Assembly: GCA_964035545.1 (NCBI GenBank)
Contig: OZ037770.1
Coordinates: forward strand, 7,570,973-7,634,972
Length of the DNA stretch: 64,000 nt
DNA from: Bugula neritina
Lineage: Eukaryota > Animalia > Bryozoa
Reading direction: 5' to 3'
The notes beneath the pieces are model-generated. The model searched no databases. It saw only the letters and a program-made list of their open reading frames with translations, and was not told where the DNA came from. Numbering within the stretch: position 1 is the first letter of the stretch; each line of letters opens with the position of its first letter. Shown here piece after piece: positions 19,401-32,739 of this stretch. A program made the translations under genes and the position numbers.

Positions 19401-21662
19401 AAAAAAATCTGTGAAAATTGAGTTTTCAGAACAGTTCGCGACAAGAAGATAAGAAAATTTCCACCAAGCTGGAGGTTCTGTTATCCAAAATGGCAATAAA
19501 AACTACACTGATGTATGGATATCAGACATGGCCACTGACTCAAAGACAAGAAGACAAGATAAGTGCAACTGAGATGAGGATGCTTCGACACATTTACAAT
19601 TTAGAGTGGGAAGACCATGTAACATGTGATAATATGAGAGAGGAGGCCAAAATAAAAACCATCGCAATAGGCATGAGGAGGAAACCTCTTCAATGGTATG
19701 GACATGTGCGCAGAAGGGATAGGAAAAAGATATTACAATGGTGGCTGAGATGAAGATACAGAGAAAGAGAGGGAGGCCAAAGAAAAGGTTAATGAAGGAT
19801 GAAATACTGAAATGTGGCCTTTCAGATAAAGATTTTGACGACAGAATCAGATGACACTCTCTGATAGCACTTGGTGCCCTGCAAAATCGCCACCCATCCT
19901 AGACCACAGCACACTAGGTGAGAAAGTTTGAGACAAATCCCTATAATGGACAATTTGCTGCCGTCCCATGACCTCTCAGAGTGTGATACAGGGGCAACAA
20001 TGCAAAATATTGGAAAGGGAGTCATACTAAATGTCTTGGTAGAAGAAAAGTGTAATTTGGTGACACTAGGGCTTCTTTTCAGGATGACTATTCATACAAG
20101 CTACCAGGTTTATGTTATGTTGCTACGCTTATGCAAAGTGTTCTTCCATGACATCTACAAGACAAAAAGCTTAGAAAACCAAGGTCAGCAATGCTATTTG
20201 CGATGTGCCTTTAACTTATGTACTTTGCCTCCTACAGATAAAGCTATTGGACAATGTCACCAGAGCACACCTCCAGGAGCCATATGAAACTGCGGCATTA
20301 AACCTACTAGAACATTGGTAGGTGAAAAGAGATCTAATAGAATCTCTTTTCCCAAAAAGAGTCGGAAATGATGTTGTGCTTACACCAGACAGTATTATGA
20401 AGTAGATCATTTTACTTAATTTGGTGTAAACTCAATGATTCTAGTTTTTGGTGATTTCTTACAATTTAGCTGCTATTGTATATAGATTTTTGCCTCAAAC
20501 AATTAAAATTTTAACAAATAAACTGAATAATTAAAGCTTTTCCAATTATGCATGATTTTCTATGTTTTTTTCCTAATTTATTAGTATATTGAGATATTAT
20601 ATAGACCGTGATGGTTCACAAATATATATTTAGCTCGTATGACATGACGCCGCGCTTAAATGTTGCAAGACCTCTTCCCAGTTTTTTTGCTATGCATAGT
20701 TAGAATTAGCAAATTCTATTACTCTATATAGTAAGTTTTCATGAATTTTGAGCAAACATTAAAATTTTTGATCATAATCTGCTGATGTGTGCTAAATAAA
20801 GTAAAATGGCCCAAATTCATTAAATGCTCTTGTGGAAGCCAACAATCATGCAAAACAAGGAGATATGGCTATTCTAGTACATCTATCCCATGCACAGAGT
20901 TCTGTCCTTGTGAAGCAGTAACAGGAGTGTGCTGCAATGAACTAACATTTCTAATAAATTCTAATGATAGAAAAAAATGAGAAAGGTGTTTAATAAGAAC
21001 ATGAGCTAAAGTTTGTCACATCTGTATGGTTATATATATATGTTCCATTTTAACTTTAGCTGAGCAATATGCCTCTGTATCTCTTTTTCACTTTCTATTC
21101 ACTGGTAATAAGCAATGTTTTTCTTAATATATCTGTCCAAACAATTATTTAAAAACCTTGTATCATTTCTTTGCACTATATGTGATTGTTTTATTGAAGC
21201 AATTCCAATTTTTGAGCTGAACAACATGTCTCTTGGCTCTTAACTTTGATTAATTTTGCACTGGCATGGCACATATTCATTCCAAAACTGCACATCTATT
21301 TGAATCATCCAAAAACTTTTGTTTTTGCAACATAATATAGACTTTATGCCTATTAGATGACGATTTCTCGAACTGCTCAAGGGTGGTGGGTCCACACCCA
21401 CCTAGAAACATTTACCTGGACCCTCAAGATAAATAATCAAGAGAGAAAAAAACTTTATCCGAGATTGCGAACCTAACCCCCAGTTCTGCCAGACTATACT
21501 ATTTGTTAACAGGACAGGGTACTAGTTAGAAGTTACTCCATTCTACTACTAGTAGATTAAAGGGCTATCATTACCTTTCACCTCTGAGGCCGTATCCAAA
21601 GTGGAAAACTCAGCTCGCTCCAGCATTCCGTTGAACGTGAAATAGATGACTTTGGTAGCCAT
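10459..21662 (-). CDS. PDE9A: High-affinity cGMP-specific 3',5'-cyclic phosphodiesterase 9
   Basis: Exons (minus strand): 21662-21575, 15927-15784, 14811-14657, 14125-13908, 13580-13439, 13285-13190, 12955-12833, 12614-12454, 11961-11859, 11389-11285, 10974-10828, 10614-10459. Motifs: [77 protein letters not shown]. The N-terminus [26 protein letters not shown] resembles the PDE9 N-terminal domain. Confidence 0.93.
11000..11232. repeat. Degenerate (tactagttac)n plus (ACT)n in PDE9 intron 10
   Basis: Directly visible. Confidence 0.75.
11967..12420. repeat. Minisatellite, 34-bp unit, ~12 copies, PDE9 intron 8
   Basis: Unit tattaccatagcatgtcagcatattactacagta. Confidence 0.95.
12956..13158. repeat. 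Minisatellite, 38-bp unit, ~5 copies, PDE9 intron 6
   Basis: Unit ctatacagaatatacagtatatattcactataatacaa; starts at the acceptor AG. Confidence 0.93.
13612..13901. repeat. Minisatellite, ~25-26-bp unit, ~11 copies, PDE9 intron 4
   Basis: Unit ctataggtgagtatac(ga)tcagttaa. Confidence 0.93.
14841..15780. repeat. Minisatellite, 13-bp unit, ~72 copies, filling PDE9 intron 2
   Basis: Unit tacta(c/t)tacatg(g/a). Confidence 0.96.
16311..16802. repeat. Minisatellite, 43-44-bp unit, ~11 copies, PDE9 intron 1
   Basis: Unit aggtagacaactcttattactaaactattatactaccagttagc. Confidence 0.94.
19445..19924 (+). mobile_element. RTE-clade LINE 3' fragment nested in the Academ element
   Basis: [45 protein letters not shown], typical of the RTE ORF C-terminus. 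Confidence 0.8.
20404..20813. mobile_element. MITE nested in the Academ ORF
   Basis: Inverted ends cattttacttaatttgg (20408-24) and ctaaataaagtaaaatg (20792-808); flanks aagt/aatt. Removing it rejoins the reading [14 protein letters not shown]. Confidence 0.6.
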
Positions 21663-23544
21663 GTTGAGAAGAGACTGATACTGATATCACATCTTCACCT
21701 CAGCTGACAGAAACAGTCCTTTAATCTCTACAATCAGGAACTGAATTAGGAGAAGGCAACTCTGGCTACAGAATTACAGTATTGGATAAACATAAGAATT
21801 TATGAATGTAAAAACTAGTTTATTCTAAACTAAATTGAGGAAGTCTCAGACACACACTTAGAACTGAATTGTATAAAAAATAAAATGCACTAACTAAATG
21901 GTTACTAGACTTTTAGCCATCACTTTGAAATACATTATAATAATTAGCTAACCAACTGATTCAGGTACATTATCAAGTATGAAGACTGAGTGTTATTTGC
22001 GACCTACTAGATACTAAAACTATTAAAAATATTATACATTGCAGGCTATATATATATAAATAATTATAGGTATATATTAAACTAAATCTTTAATAGCAAA
22101 GGATTTAAAATAGCCACATTTCAAGAAGATAATCTAATTATAAAAATGGTCATTCTACATGAGGCGCTGTCAGGGGAACTCTGGAACTTGAAATAATGAC
22201 AACTCAGAAAGAGATGCATCAACAGTCCCTTGTTTATTTTATTGACTATCAATTTTATTCATTCAAATTCTTAAAAAAATAAACCAAGTCTAAATCAAAT
22301 AGCTGTTATTAAAACTCTGTAGAACAGAAATTCTGATAATCATTACCACCTATTTAGAACTACATCTACTTTCACTGCAGTATCAGCAGCATATGACTCA
22401 TCTGTTTACCAGCTCACACAGATACAAACAGGTACACACAGATACACACAAAAAAAGATAACTGCAGCCTACTTTCGACAATGATGTAGATATATTTGTT
22501 ATAGACTATAGTATTCCTGTACGTCATGGTGCAGCAGTAAATGCAGGAACAACTTCTAATGAATTAGATTATCTCCACGCACAATTTACCAACAGACTCA
22601 TTGGGGAGTACACTATACATATCAGAAGTTGCTGTGTACTGGGAGTTTAAAACTACACTCTAATTTGCTGACTGTGTAACGAAATCATTTATGCTTGGCA
22701 GCCAAATTAATTTCATCTTAATCTCACACCGGGCTTCTAAAATCTATAACTTCACCAGCTCAAAGCACTGAAGGTACGGCAGTTCCAACCCCTTAGTTGA
22801 CTAGAAGACCACAGTCTTGGTCTCCAGAATACTTGCTAATATTAACTGAGATACAATTATTGTCAGCTTGCAGAGGGAATCAGAAAACTAACACAATTAT
22901 CTGCTGTATTGCAGCTCAAGTGTTCACTCTTAATACTACTGTTTAAGAGTTATGTTCCCCAACTACAGATGCTACTAGCTAATAACTTATCTGTTTATAA
23001 TCTAGTCAAGTGTACTAAGAAAAGCAAACAAGTCTACTGTAAAGTATTTCACAGTTATAAACAGAAAACCCCTCAAAACACCAGCTATACCACCACAAAT
23101 TACTTAAGAAGTAAGTTGTTATCTCCACCTACTACAGAACTATTTCCAGAAAATCACCTCTCAAACAATTCTGCTCTCAACCTGTCATTCTTGAAGCTGC
23201 TTCAGTGCATTCTGACTGCTTTTCAAAAAACTAATAACCAGAGGTGAACAGAACTCTACTATGATGCAGAAAGGCTGAAAGCAATTACTGAAGTGACAAC
23301 TGGTTTACTGTTATGTTGCTTAATATATCGTTTTGAAAAGTTGAGTGGCAATCAATAAAACTATTAGCTAGCAATGACTGGCATAATGTGAAAAGAAAAC
23401 TAGTTTAGCTACTTAAAGGTTGTCACCATTTTGCTCGTTTCAACAGCGTGCTGACGTAAGGCAAGCAATAACAGGCAGCATCTAATATACTAGCTCTCTA
23501 CACTATCCTCCATACAGTCTGGGTACCAATAATAATGATACGAC

Positions 23545-24240
23545 TATACTTCGCTCAGTATAACCACTAGACTTCACCCAGTATAACCACTATACTTCAC
23601 TCAGTATAACCACTATACTTTACTCAGTATAACCACTATACTTCACCCAGTATAACCACTATACTTTACCCAGTATAACCACTATACTTCACTCAGTATA
23701 ACCACTATACTATACTCAGTATAACCACTATACTATACTCAGTATAACCACTATACTATACTCAGTATAACCACTATACTTTACTCAGTATAACCACTAT
23801 ACTTCACCCAGTATAACCACTATACTTTACCCAGTATAACCACTATACTTCACTCAGTATAACCACTATACTATACTCAGTATAACCACTATACTATACT
23901 CAGTATAACCACTATACTATACTCAGTATAACCACTATACTTTACTCAGTATAACCACTATACTTCACCCAGTATAACCACTATACTTTACCCAGTATAA
24001 CCACTATACTTCACTCAGTATAACCACTATACTATACTCAGTATAACCACTATACTATACTCAGTATAACCACTATACTATACTCAGTATAACCACTATA
24101 CTATACTCAGTATAACCACTATATCTCACTCAGTATAACCATTATACCTCATTCAGTATAACCACTATACTTCACTCAGTATAACCACTATACTATACTC
24201 AGTATAACCACTATACTTCACTCAGTATAACCATTATCCT
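23545..24240. repeat. Minisatellite, 23-bp unit, ~30 copies, with a 7-unit higher-order repeat
   Basis: Unit cagtataaccactatac(ttcact/tttact/ttcacc/tttacc/tatact). Confidence 0.95.
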
Positions 24241-27200
24241 ATACCACTACCACTATACTATATATACTGATACACCAACAAATGGGGTGGGGGTGGGGAT
24301 GGGTGCTGTGCTAAATGCATCCCATCTACTACTTGCTAAAGTTGTTGAAAAACGATCTCAACACTTCACAAACCATGGAAAATAGTTTTAAAATAAAAAC
24401 AAGGAAAAGCCTATATATCAGGCATTCTTTGATTGAAGTCACTAACGGCTACACCAAAGCTAGAAGTTTCAACTTGAAAACGTAAAAAAATCCTAGTTGC
24501 GTTAGTAGTTGTAAGAAAAGTTGAGGGAAAATGTTTGTCTAGTTAGGCTGTACTCAATACAAAGTTTTACAAGGGAAGAAAACCGCTATTCTAAAAGCAC
24601 AGTGAATTTTGTAAATTTTCCAGTTATGCTTCTTTACTCTGAGGTACTTTGTAACAAAGGTGTACATCATTCACACATTACAACTAAAATAATGACAAAA
24701 ATTTAGCTGCCCAGTGCTATGTGGAAATGACTCTAGATTGAACACCTTAACCCCAAAAAAGTAGATAAAGGTGTACCATTCTATTATTTCTACTACTCTT
24801 TATTTCATATTATTTGGCTACACAAAAACAAAAAAATCTACTTATGTAAGACTACATACTCTCCATAAGGTATGTCAGGAATGGGAGACAGGAAAATATA
24901 TTTGTACTCAAAGACAATAATTGTGAATTGTACTTTGAGCCATTTATTTATTGTTACTTAGAAGCAAGTTACATGGTATCTCAGGTAAGGATAGGAAAAC
25001 AACCTGCAGATCTGCATTCCTTGATTTACATTCTTAAAATACACTCAGCTTGGTATTCCTCAAAACAATACGGCCAGATTATAGCATATAGAATAATATT
25101 CATCAGGTCCGTCTGCCAACATAACAGTTCAGCTATTAGCACTAGCGCACTGTGCCAAAGAAAGTTGGCACAAGTCTCTTTCATAATTAAAGTAAATTAT
25201 GCAATTATTCCAGGAGGGTTAAACAATTGTGTTATTCAGTCTCACTCGTAGCAAAAACTAGACTGTTTAGCTCTATATAATTATTCATTATTTTCGTTAT
25301 AAAAATTCATTGCTTCAAGCGACTGGAATGTCTTCTGAGCAGTAAATGTTGGCAAGTTTCTTAAAGTCATCAGTCTAGATAGAAATTTGAAGGTTTTGAT
25401 GCATAGTTAGTATCATTATATATAGAGGGAAAGTAACTGAAAACAACAGCTCATTTTAAGAAAAATCAGTTGCAAATTATTAAGTCAGCAATATTTCCAT
25501 CTGCATAATAAGTGTATGAGATGTACAGGTTAACACTTTATACAATATAATTCTATCCTTGTAGAGAATATATACTGTTTTTAAATAAATCAAAAAGATC
25601 ATTAGCTTAGTAAAATAAGAATATAATAAATTTGCTCTGTTATATTTTCTTTTCATTATTTCATTATTTCAACAACTAAAATATTAGAGTAATCAAGATG
25701 ACATGCTGGTGTTTGAACCCGTAGCAGCACCAACTCAATTAGCAGTCGGTTTCTCTATAACAATATAATAATATATAGCTAATCATGATCTAGGCAGAGA
25801 GTTTGTTTAGTAGGTGATAATCTCACTCATTTCATAGAGTTTATTATCTAGTTCACATTTCTGTTGGAAAACATAATAACTCAAAAATATTTTATTTTAT
25901 TTAGTTGAGAGATTCTGAGGCATATTAAATTACTTGAGTGTTTCTAAGGAACATTGAAAATAAATATAACTCCATATAATATCTTTAACCAAATTACCCG
26001 AGCTTTGTCCCATCCACATTAAATTATATTTATATATTTTTTTCAGCTTACTATATGCTTTAGTTTTTACCCAACAGTAAAATATCTATGAGAAAACAAT
26101 TACAATTGGAATTGGACTGCAAGGTTGTTATTTTAGTTAAATTTAAAGAACTAGGACTAGCAGTGACTCAACTAAATCCTGGTGACATTATCTCCTCTCA
26201 TCCCAACTGATCTACTGCTGAGCACCGGTAGGTACAAATAAACATACTTGCTATACTCTAAGAGTTCACTAGCGGTCTAGTGCTAACTCAACGCTTATTT
26301 TCAACTATTAAAAGGTTAGGGAGAATGCGCCCCACGTCTCCTCCAGTCTTCTCCGGTAATAACCTGTTCTATAGGCAACATAAATACTGCATGCGTAAAG
26401 AGGGCTTAAAGTGGATATTTTCATGCGTAAATCTGCACTTCTACTGAAACCTATTCTTACTTACGCAGCTGCAGTCTTGAACGCAAATATATAAACCTAT
26501 TATAGTGACTTAATCCCCTCATCCATTGGTTTAGAATAGTGAATGCTATAGTACTACAAGCGAGTGATTGTAAAAAATAGGTGTATAAGAGGTTAGTAAG
26601 TAGCGCTGTAACACTACTGAACTATACTTAGATATGGAGCAATAACTAGCACCTAATATAAAGTAACTGTGTATAACTGGATATATTGAGATTATATAGA
26701 ACAAGTAGATGCATAGTCTTCCATATATAAAACCAAAATTCTATGAACCGGACTAGGAGTTAGAGCATCAACTCCACTACCCTTACAGTAGGCAGTAAGT
26801 TTACTGTACTGAAAACTCCTCCGCAGTGGTACATAATTTGAGTCCCACATTAAAACAAGATATAGCAAATAACCCCCCCTCTCCAACCGTAGAGATGTTG
26901 AACCAACCTCAAAATAGTAACTAAAAAGAGCTGAATAATATGAAGTACAGTATTGCAACAGCAAAGATAATTTATGTTGCAACGCTTCTTTTAAAGAACT
27001 ATTCAATTATAAAAACTTGAATTTTTATATAAAATATGTTTTTGAATGAAAAAAAGTTATTTATTACTTAAATAAAGCAACTTTATTCTATAAACTAGAG
27101 GTCTATATAAAAATATAATTAGATAGGCAGTGCTACATACTCTTATTGTAAGCTTAAATGAAACCAAAAACCTTTGACCATGCAATAGTTACTATTGAAC

Positions 27201-27909
27201 TATTGAACTCCATGCTAGTACTTACATTAGAAGAGCTTAAAATCCCAACAATAGCTGCACTCATCAATGACTAGGCTGAAAGCTACAGCAGCATTAAATG
27301 CAGTAGCTGCACAAACACTGCTTTACAAACATGCTCAGTATCTAGTAGCACTTCAATATATTACGTCAAAAGCTATCGGAGTTATTGTAATCATACAACT
27401 ACTACGTTAGAGTAGGGCTGTACCAATACAGCATCAGCTGCAGGGCTGACTAGACATAGAACTAAGGCTTTAGCTGTGTCAAAAGCAATGTGATTTACAG
27501 CATAGAGGTTTGAAGGCAAAACCAGTAGAGAATATACTACCTAGCAATCTGACATATATTTAATAATGAGAGAATAGCTCATCCAATGGAAGATTTACTG
27601 GCCCTATTTAGTTATAAGCAAGTTAATTAGTTTTCATTAAAAAATAAAAATTAAAAAATATAAATGATTGGCTTGCTCAATATTGAGTCATTTACTAAAA
27701 TACTTCACCTTTTATAGTTGAACACAACAAGTATTACAAGCTAACCATTTAACTAGCCATGGTTACTACAAATCGTAATGAAAAGTAAGACTTAAGACTT
27801 TTTTGAAATAAGCTTTTTTTATCAGAAAATAAGTCAACAGACCTGGCCCTGGTTCTTTTTACTCTTAAACTCACTCAAGTTTATAGTCTCTGTGAGAAAC
27901 TCTTAATAA

Positions 27910-28352
27910 AAAGGCATTTTTGTTAAATCATATATGGGGCACAGGAGCAATTATGACTGGATGCTCTTCCTAACATCAGCAATAGCCTCTACTGGGGTTC
28001 AAACTCACGACCTGCGTTTACTAATCGTAGGGCCAAAAGAGAAGCGCAGCGAGCTCATGCGTGTTTGATCTAATTGGTTTATTATCATTTAGCTAGCATA
28101 CTTTTTTATTTCAATTCACGTTTTAGCTTTTAGCTTTTAGCGAACTGAATTAAAATAGTTTCACATAGTTTGCATTTTTGCTTTTATAATATATCTAAGT
28201 CACTTTGCCGATGATGTAGTTTTAAAAACAGATGTCTGTAGGCTAGCAGTAAAGTTTAACATCATTAGCTAATAAATTTTTGCACTCGCTGTGTGTGACA
28301 GGTCTATACTGGTACGGTTTTCTCGTGTGGCCCTGTGCTCTAACCCCTAGAT
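27910..28352 (-). mobile_element. tRNA-derived SINE (interrupted by a MITE)
   Basis: Shares ggcac(a/g)ggagcaattatgactggatgctcttcctaacatca..gctctaacccctaga with the copy at 52636-52803. Confidence 0.75.
28030..28333. mobile_element. ~300-bp MITE inside the SINE head
   Basis: TIRs gggccaaaagagaa / ttctcgtgtggccc; SINE homology resumes immediately after. Confidence 0.65.
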
Positions 28353-28714
28353 ATTAGAGGAGATGCAGAGTATGGGCAGTAAACCAGATAGACACGGTGA
28401 GCATTGTTACCCAGAGTTAGTACTGACAGTTAGTACCCAGAATTAGTACTCAGAGTCAGTACTCAAAGTCAGAGAGGTAGGTGCAGCAATGGAGAAATAG
28501 AGAATAGCTTGTGTTCTAGATTAAAATTGTAGCATTGTAGAAGTTTTATCCTCGTGAGAATGTTAACCGAACCAAAAGTTATCGAAATATAGTGCCCAAC
28601 AGTATGTACATAAAGCATTAGCTTTTCATCTGAAAGCTTTACAGAGCTTTTTCTTTTAAAGCCTGTATAAGAACAATGCTATAATACAGCAAACAGTACC
28701 TACTACACTGCATA

Positions 28715-29066
28715 TTCTAAGATAGTATGATATACTGTATATTTCAAGATAGTATGATATACTGTATATTTCAAGATAGTATGATATACTGTATATTTCA
28801 AGATAGTATGATATTCTGTATATTTCAAGATAGTATGATATACTGTATATTTCAAGATAGTATGATATACTGTATATTTCAAGATAGTATGATATACTGT
28901 ATATTTCAAGATAGTATAATATACTGTATATTTCAAGATAGTATGATATTCTGTATATTTCAAGATAGTATGATATACTGTATATTTCAAGATAGTATGA
29001 TATACTGTATATTTCAAGACAGTATGATATACTGTATATTTCAAGATAGTATGATATACTGTATAT
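28715..29066. repeat. Minisatellite, 27-bp unit, ~13 copies
   Basis: Unit aagatagtatgatatactgtatatttc. Confidence 0.96.
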
Positions 29067-29109
29067 TACTACTTAATGAAGTCATATGAATTCATGGTTT
29101 ACAAATTTA

Positions 29110-32100
29110 TCATTTAATGATTCCTTTTAAAGGACTACGCTGAAGGTTAGTAAAGTGTCCTTGATACTGCAATGAAAGAGCAGCAAAATGCTAGCATTAA
29201 GCAGTGAATTAGTTCATTAGTTCATTAGCACAATTATAACCACAATATAGCCCATTAAAGTGAGTTGATATCATTTACAAGTCATAAAAGTCTTTTAAAG
29301 CCCCTTAAGATTTTCTAATAAAATGCAGAATGCAAACAAACTGCAATAAAATTATTGATTTATGATGACGCAAAAGAGTAATTTAACTCGGCCATCTTTT
29401 GTGCAGGGCAACTTTACATAATCAATGAACAATTTTAAAGTTATGCATAGTAATTACCATGATCAAACAGCAGGCGCTTAGCAATTATGGAAAGACAACT
29501 ACCACAGTAACTGAGAGTTAACTGTTACAGACTCCAACCACAAACCACTATAGACACACTGTAGGCCTTAACATAAAATGTCACTTATTTTTAATGTATT
29601 CGGGCTGAAGTTCTCAAAGTCTGGTATTGGGTAAGATCTATGACATCTCATTGGACATTTATGTGCAAGTTTTTTAATCAAGCAGCACTTGATAGAAGTT
29701 TTTAGGAATGTGTGTCTAGGGAGAAACAGTGATGCAAGTCTGAAAAAAGTCACTCAAAGTGAGCTTTCCATTTCACCATACAGCAATTCTCTAGGCAGCG
29801 CCATAAGTAAAATATAACAATCAGACTAAAATATTTGACAGGCTGCCACAATGTTGGTGATTGCATAATAAGTATTGCATAATAAGTGGTGGAAATAGTC
29901 AGCTGATATTAGAGAAAGGAGAGAGGGACCATTCTGCATGCAATAATACAGTAGAGTACAAGTTTTTAATTATAGTAGAAGCTATTTCATCTAAATCTCA
30001 ATTGCTAAGGCTAGAGCAAGCCTACTTGAAGGCTGATCAATATTATCCTAGTTGAAGAAAATAACTAAATATTTGTGAAATACCTGCAGTGCTGATGTTA
30101 GCATAGGGCCAGAGTAATAACAACTAGAGTACACACTCCTAGAATGGTTTTCATGTTGTCATATTCACTATACTATAATAATATACTGTTCCATATTCAC
30201 TATACTATAATATTATACTCTTCCATATTCACTATACTATAATATTATACTTTTCCATATTCACTATACTATAATATTATACTCTTCCATATTCACTATA
30301 CTATAATATTATACTCTTCCATATTCAATATACTATAATATTATACTCTTCCATATTCAATATACTATAATATTATACTCTTCCATATTCATTATACTAT
30401 AATAATATACTCTTCCATATTCACTATACTATAATATTATACTCTTCCATATTCAATATACTATAATATTATACTCTTCCATATTCACTATACTATAATA
30501 ATATACTCTTCCATATTCACTATACTATAATATCATACTCTTCCATATTCACTATACTATAATATTATACTCTTCCATATTCACTGTACTATAATATTAT
30601 ACTCTTCCATATTCACTATACTATAATATTATACTCTTCCATATTCACTATACTATAATATTATACTCTTCCATATTCACTATACTATAATAATATACTC
30701 TTTCATATTCACTATACTATAATAATATACTCTTCCATATTCACTATACTATAATATCATACTCTTCCATATTCACTATACTGTAATATTATACTCTTCC
30801 ATATTCACTATACTATAATATTATACTCTTCCATATTCACTATACTATAATATTATACTCTTCCATATTCACTATACTATAATATTATACTCTTCCATAT
30901 TCACTATACTATAATATTATACTCTTCCATATTCACTATACTATAATAATATACTCTTTCATATTCACTATACTATAATATTATACTCTTCCATATTCAC
31001 TATACTATAATATTATACTCTTCCATATTCAATATACTATAATATTATACTCTTCCATATTCACTATACTATAATATTATACTCTTCCATATTCACTATA
31101 CTATAATATTATACTCTTCCATATTCACTATACTATAATATTATACTCTTCCATATTCACTATACTATAATATTATACTCTTCCATATTCACTATACTAT
31201 AATATTATACTCTTCCATATTCACTATACTATAATATTATACTCTTCCATATTCACTATACTATAATATTATACTCTTCCATATTCACTATACTATAATA
31301 TTATACTCTTCCATATTCACTATACTATAATAATATACTCTTCCATATTCACTATACTATAATATTATACTCTTCCATATTCACTATACTATAATATTAT
31401 ACTCTTCCATATTCACTATACTATAATAATATACTCTTCCATATTCACTATACTATAATATCATACTCTTCCATATTCACTATACTGTAATATTATACTC
31501 TTCCATATTCACTATACTATAATATTATACTCTTCCATATTCACTATACTATAATATTATACTCTTCCATATTCACTATACTATAATAATATACTCTTCC
31601 ATATTCACTATACTATAATATTATACTCTTGCATATTCACTATACTATAATAATATACTCTTCCATATTCACTATACTATAATATTATACTCTTCCATAT
31701 TCACTATACTATAATAATATACTCTTCCATATTCACTATACTATAATATTATACTATTCCATATTCACTATACTATAATATTATACTCGTCCATATTCAC
31801 TATACTATAATATTATACTCTTCCATATTCACTATACTATAATATTATACTATTCCATATTCACTATACTATAATATTATACTCTTCCATATTCACTATA
31901 CTATAATATTATACTCTTCCATATTCAATATAATACAAAAATATACAATCATAATATTTTACTTATTAATAATATTGCTAATAGCATTTGTAAAAAAGGA
32001 TGTGCCAGGGAAAGACAAATCTAAATATAAATACCTCAATGAATTCATAACTAAACCAACTAAGCAGATGATAGAAATACTTTGAGAGACGCCATCACAA

Positions 32101-32733
32101 GAGTAAAAGATCATAAGGAAACCAATTTCATGTTTCTCTTTTGTTGAAATTATATTTAGCGGAGCACACAGAGAGGACAGAGTTAGTTAATGCAGGTGTT
32201 TACTATTTAGTTAATGGAGACAGGGCCTCTCTATTCTAATGATAGATCATCACACATGAGCTGCATATTCAGGGGAAGAATGCACACTATCTCTAAATTA
32301 TGTCTTTAACATATAATAACATAGATCAATTTCTGGAAATACACTAGCCACGTATAATGAACTGAATTATATTATCAACCAGTAGTAAAAGTTGCAGAGC
32401 AATTAGTACTGCAATATACCAGTTGCTAATGGGTGTATGATGTAATTATTATATAGGTGAATACCTATAACACCACTAACATTACCTTACTGAAAATTCT
32501 TTGTTACTTATATGGCTGTTATCTGGCCATATATCGTGGCCTTCTTTGAATGAATGCATTTTGCTCGTATGATCAATTTGCATAAATTTCAATTCACTTT
32601 CTGCGCTAATTAATATATTATTTAAATTAAATGGATTTTTTCTTGATTTGACAGTTGAGCTATTAACAATTTGTTCATATCTTAATTGGAAGGTATACCA
32701 ACTATAGTCAGGTGTGTGATCATGAAACTGCAG
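29110..32733 (-). other. Candidate unannotated spliced transcript (3 phase-compatible exons)
   Basis: Candidate exons 32733(or 32727)-32486, 30138-30084, 29166-29110 (stop), with YAG/GT boundaries; no recognisable homology. Confidence 0.3.
30160..31932. repeat. Minisatellite, 32-bp unit, ~55 copies
   Basis: Unit ccatattcactatactataatattatactctt. Confidence 0.97.
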
Positions 32734-32739
32734 CTGCCA

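Larger units (their letters stand above)
17381..21496 (+). mobile_element. Academ-type (XPG/Cys-rich) DNA transposon, decayed, in PDE9 intron 1
   Basis: Imperfect ~140-bp TIRs (TAGTTTGGCAGAA...ttaggttcgc..cggataaagttttttt / ..aaaactttatccg..gcgaacctaa..TTCTGCCAGACTA) and a 3-bp TSD tac/tac (17378-80, 21497-99). Frameshifted ORF remnants 18437-20980: [27 protein letters not shown]3TH-like HDLSECD..IGK, LPPTDKA, and a C-terminal Cys cluster [16 protein letters not shown]. The superfamily is assigned from domain layout and termini, not from a search. Confidence 0.8.

Noticed and set aside
19433-19936. 12-bp TSD around the RTE fragment (agttcgcgacaa / agtttgagacaa)
   Set aside because: It has two mismatches, and the Academ ORF is not contiguous across the site (a large part is missing), so a true TSD is doubtful.
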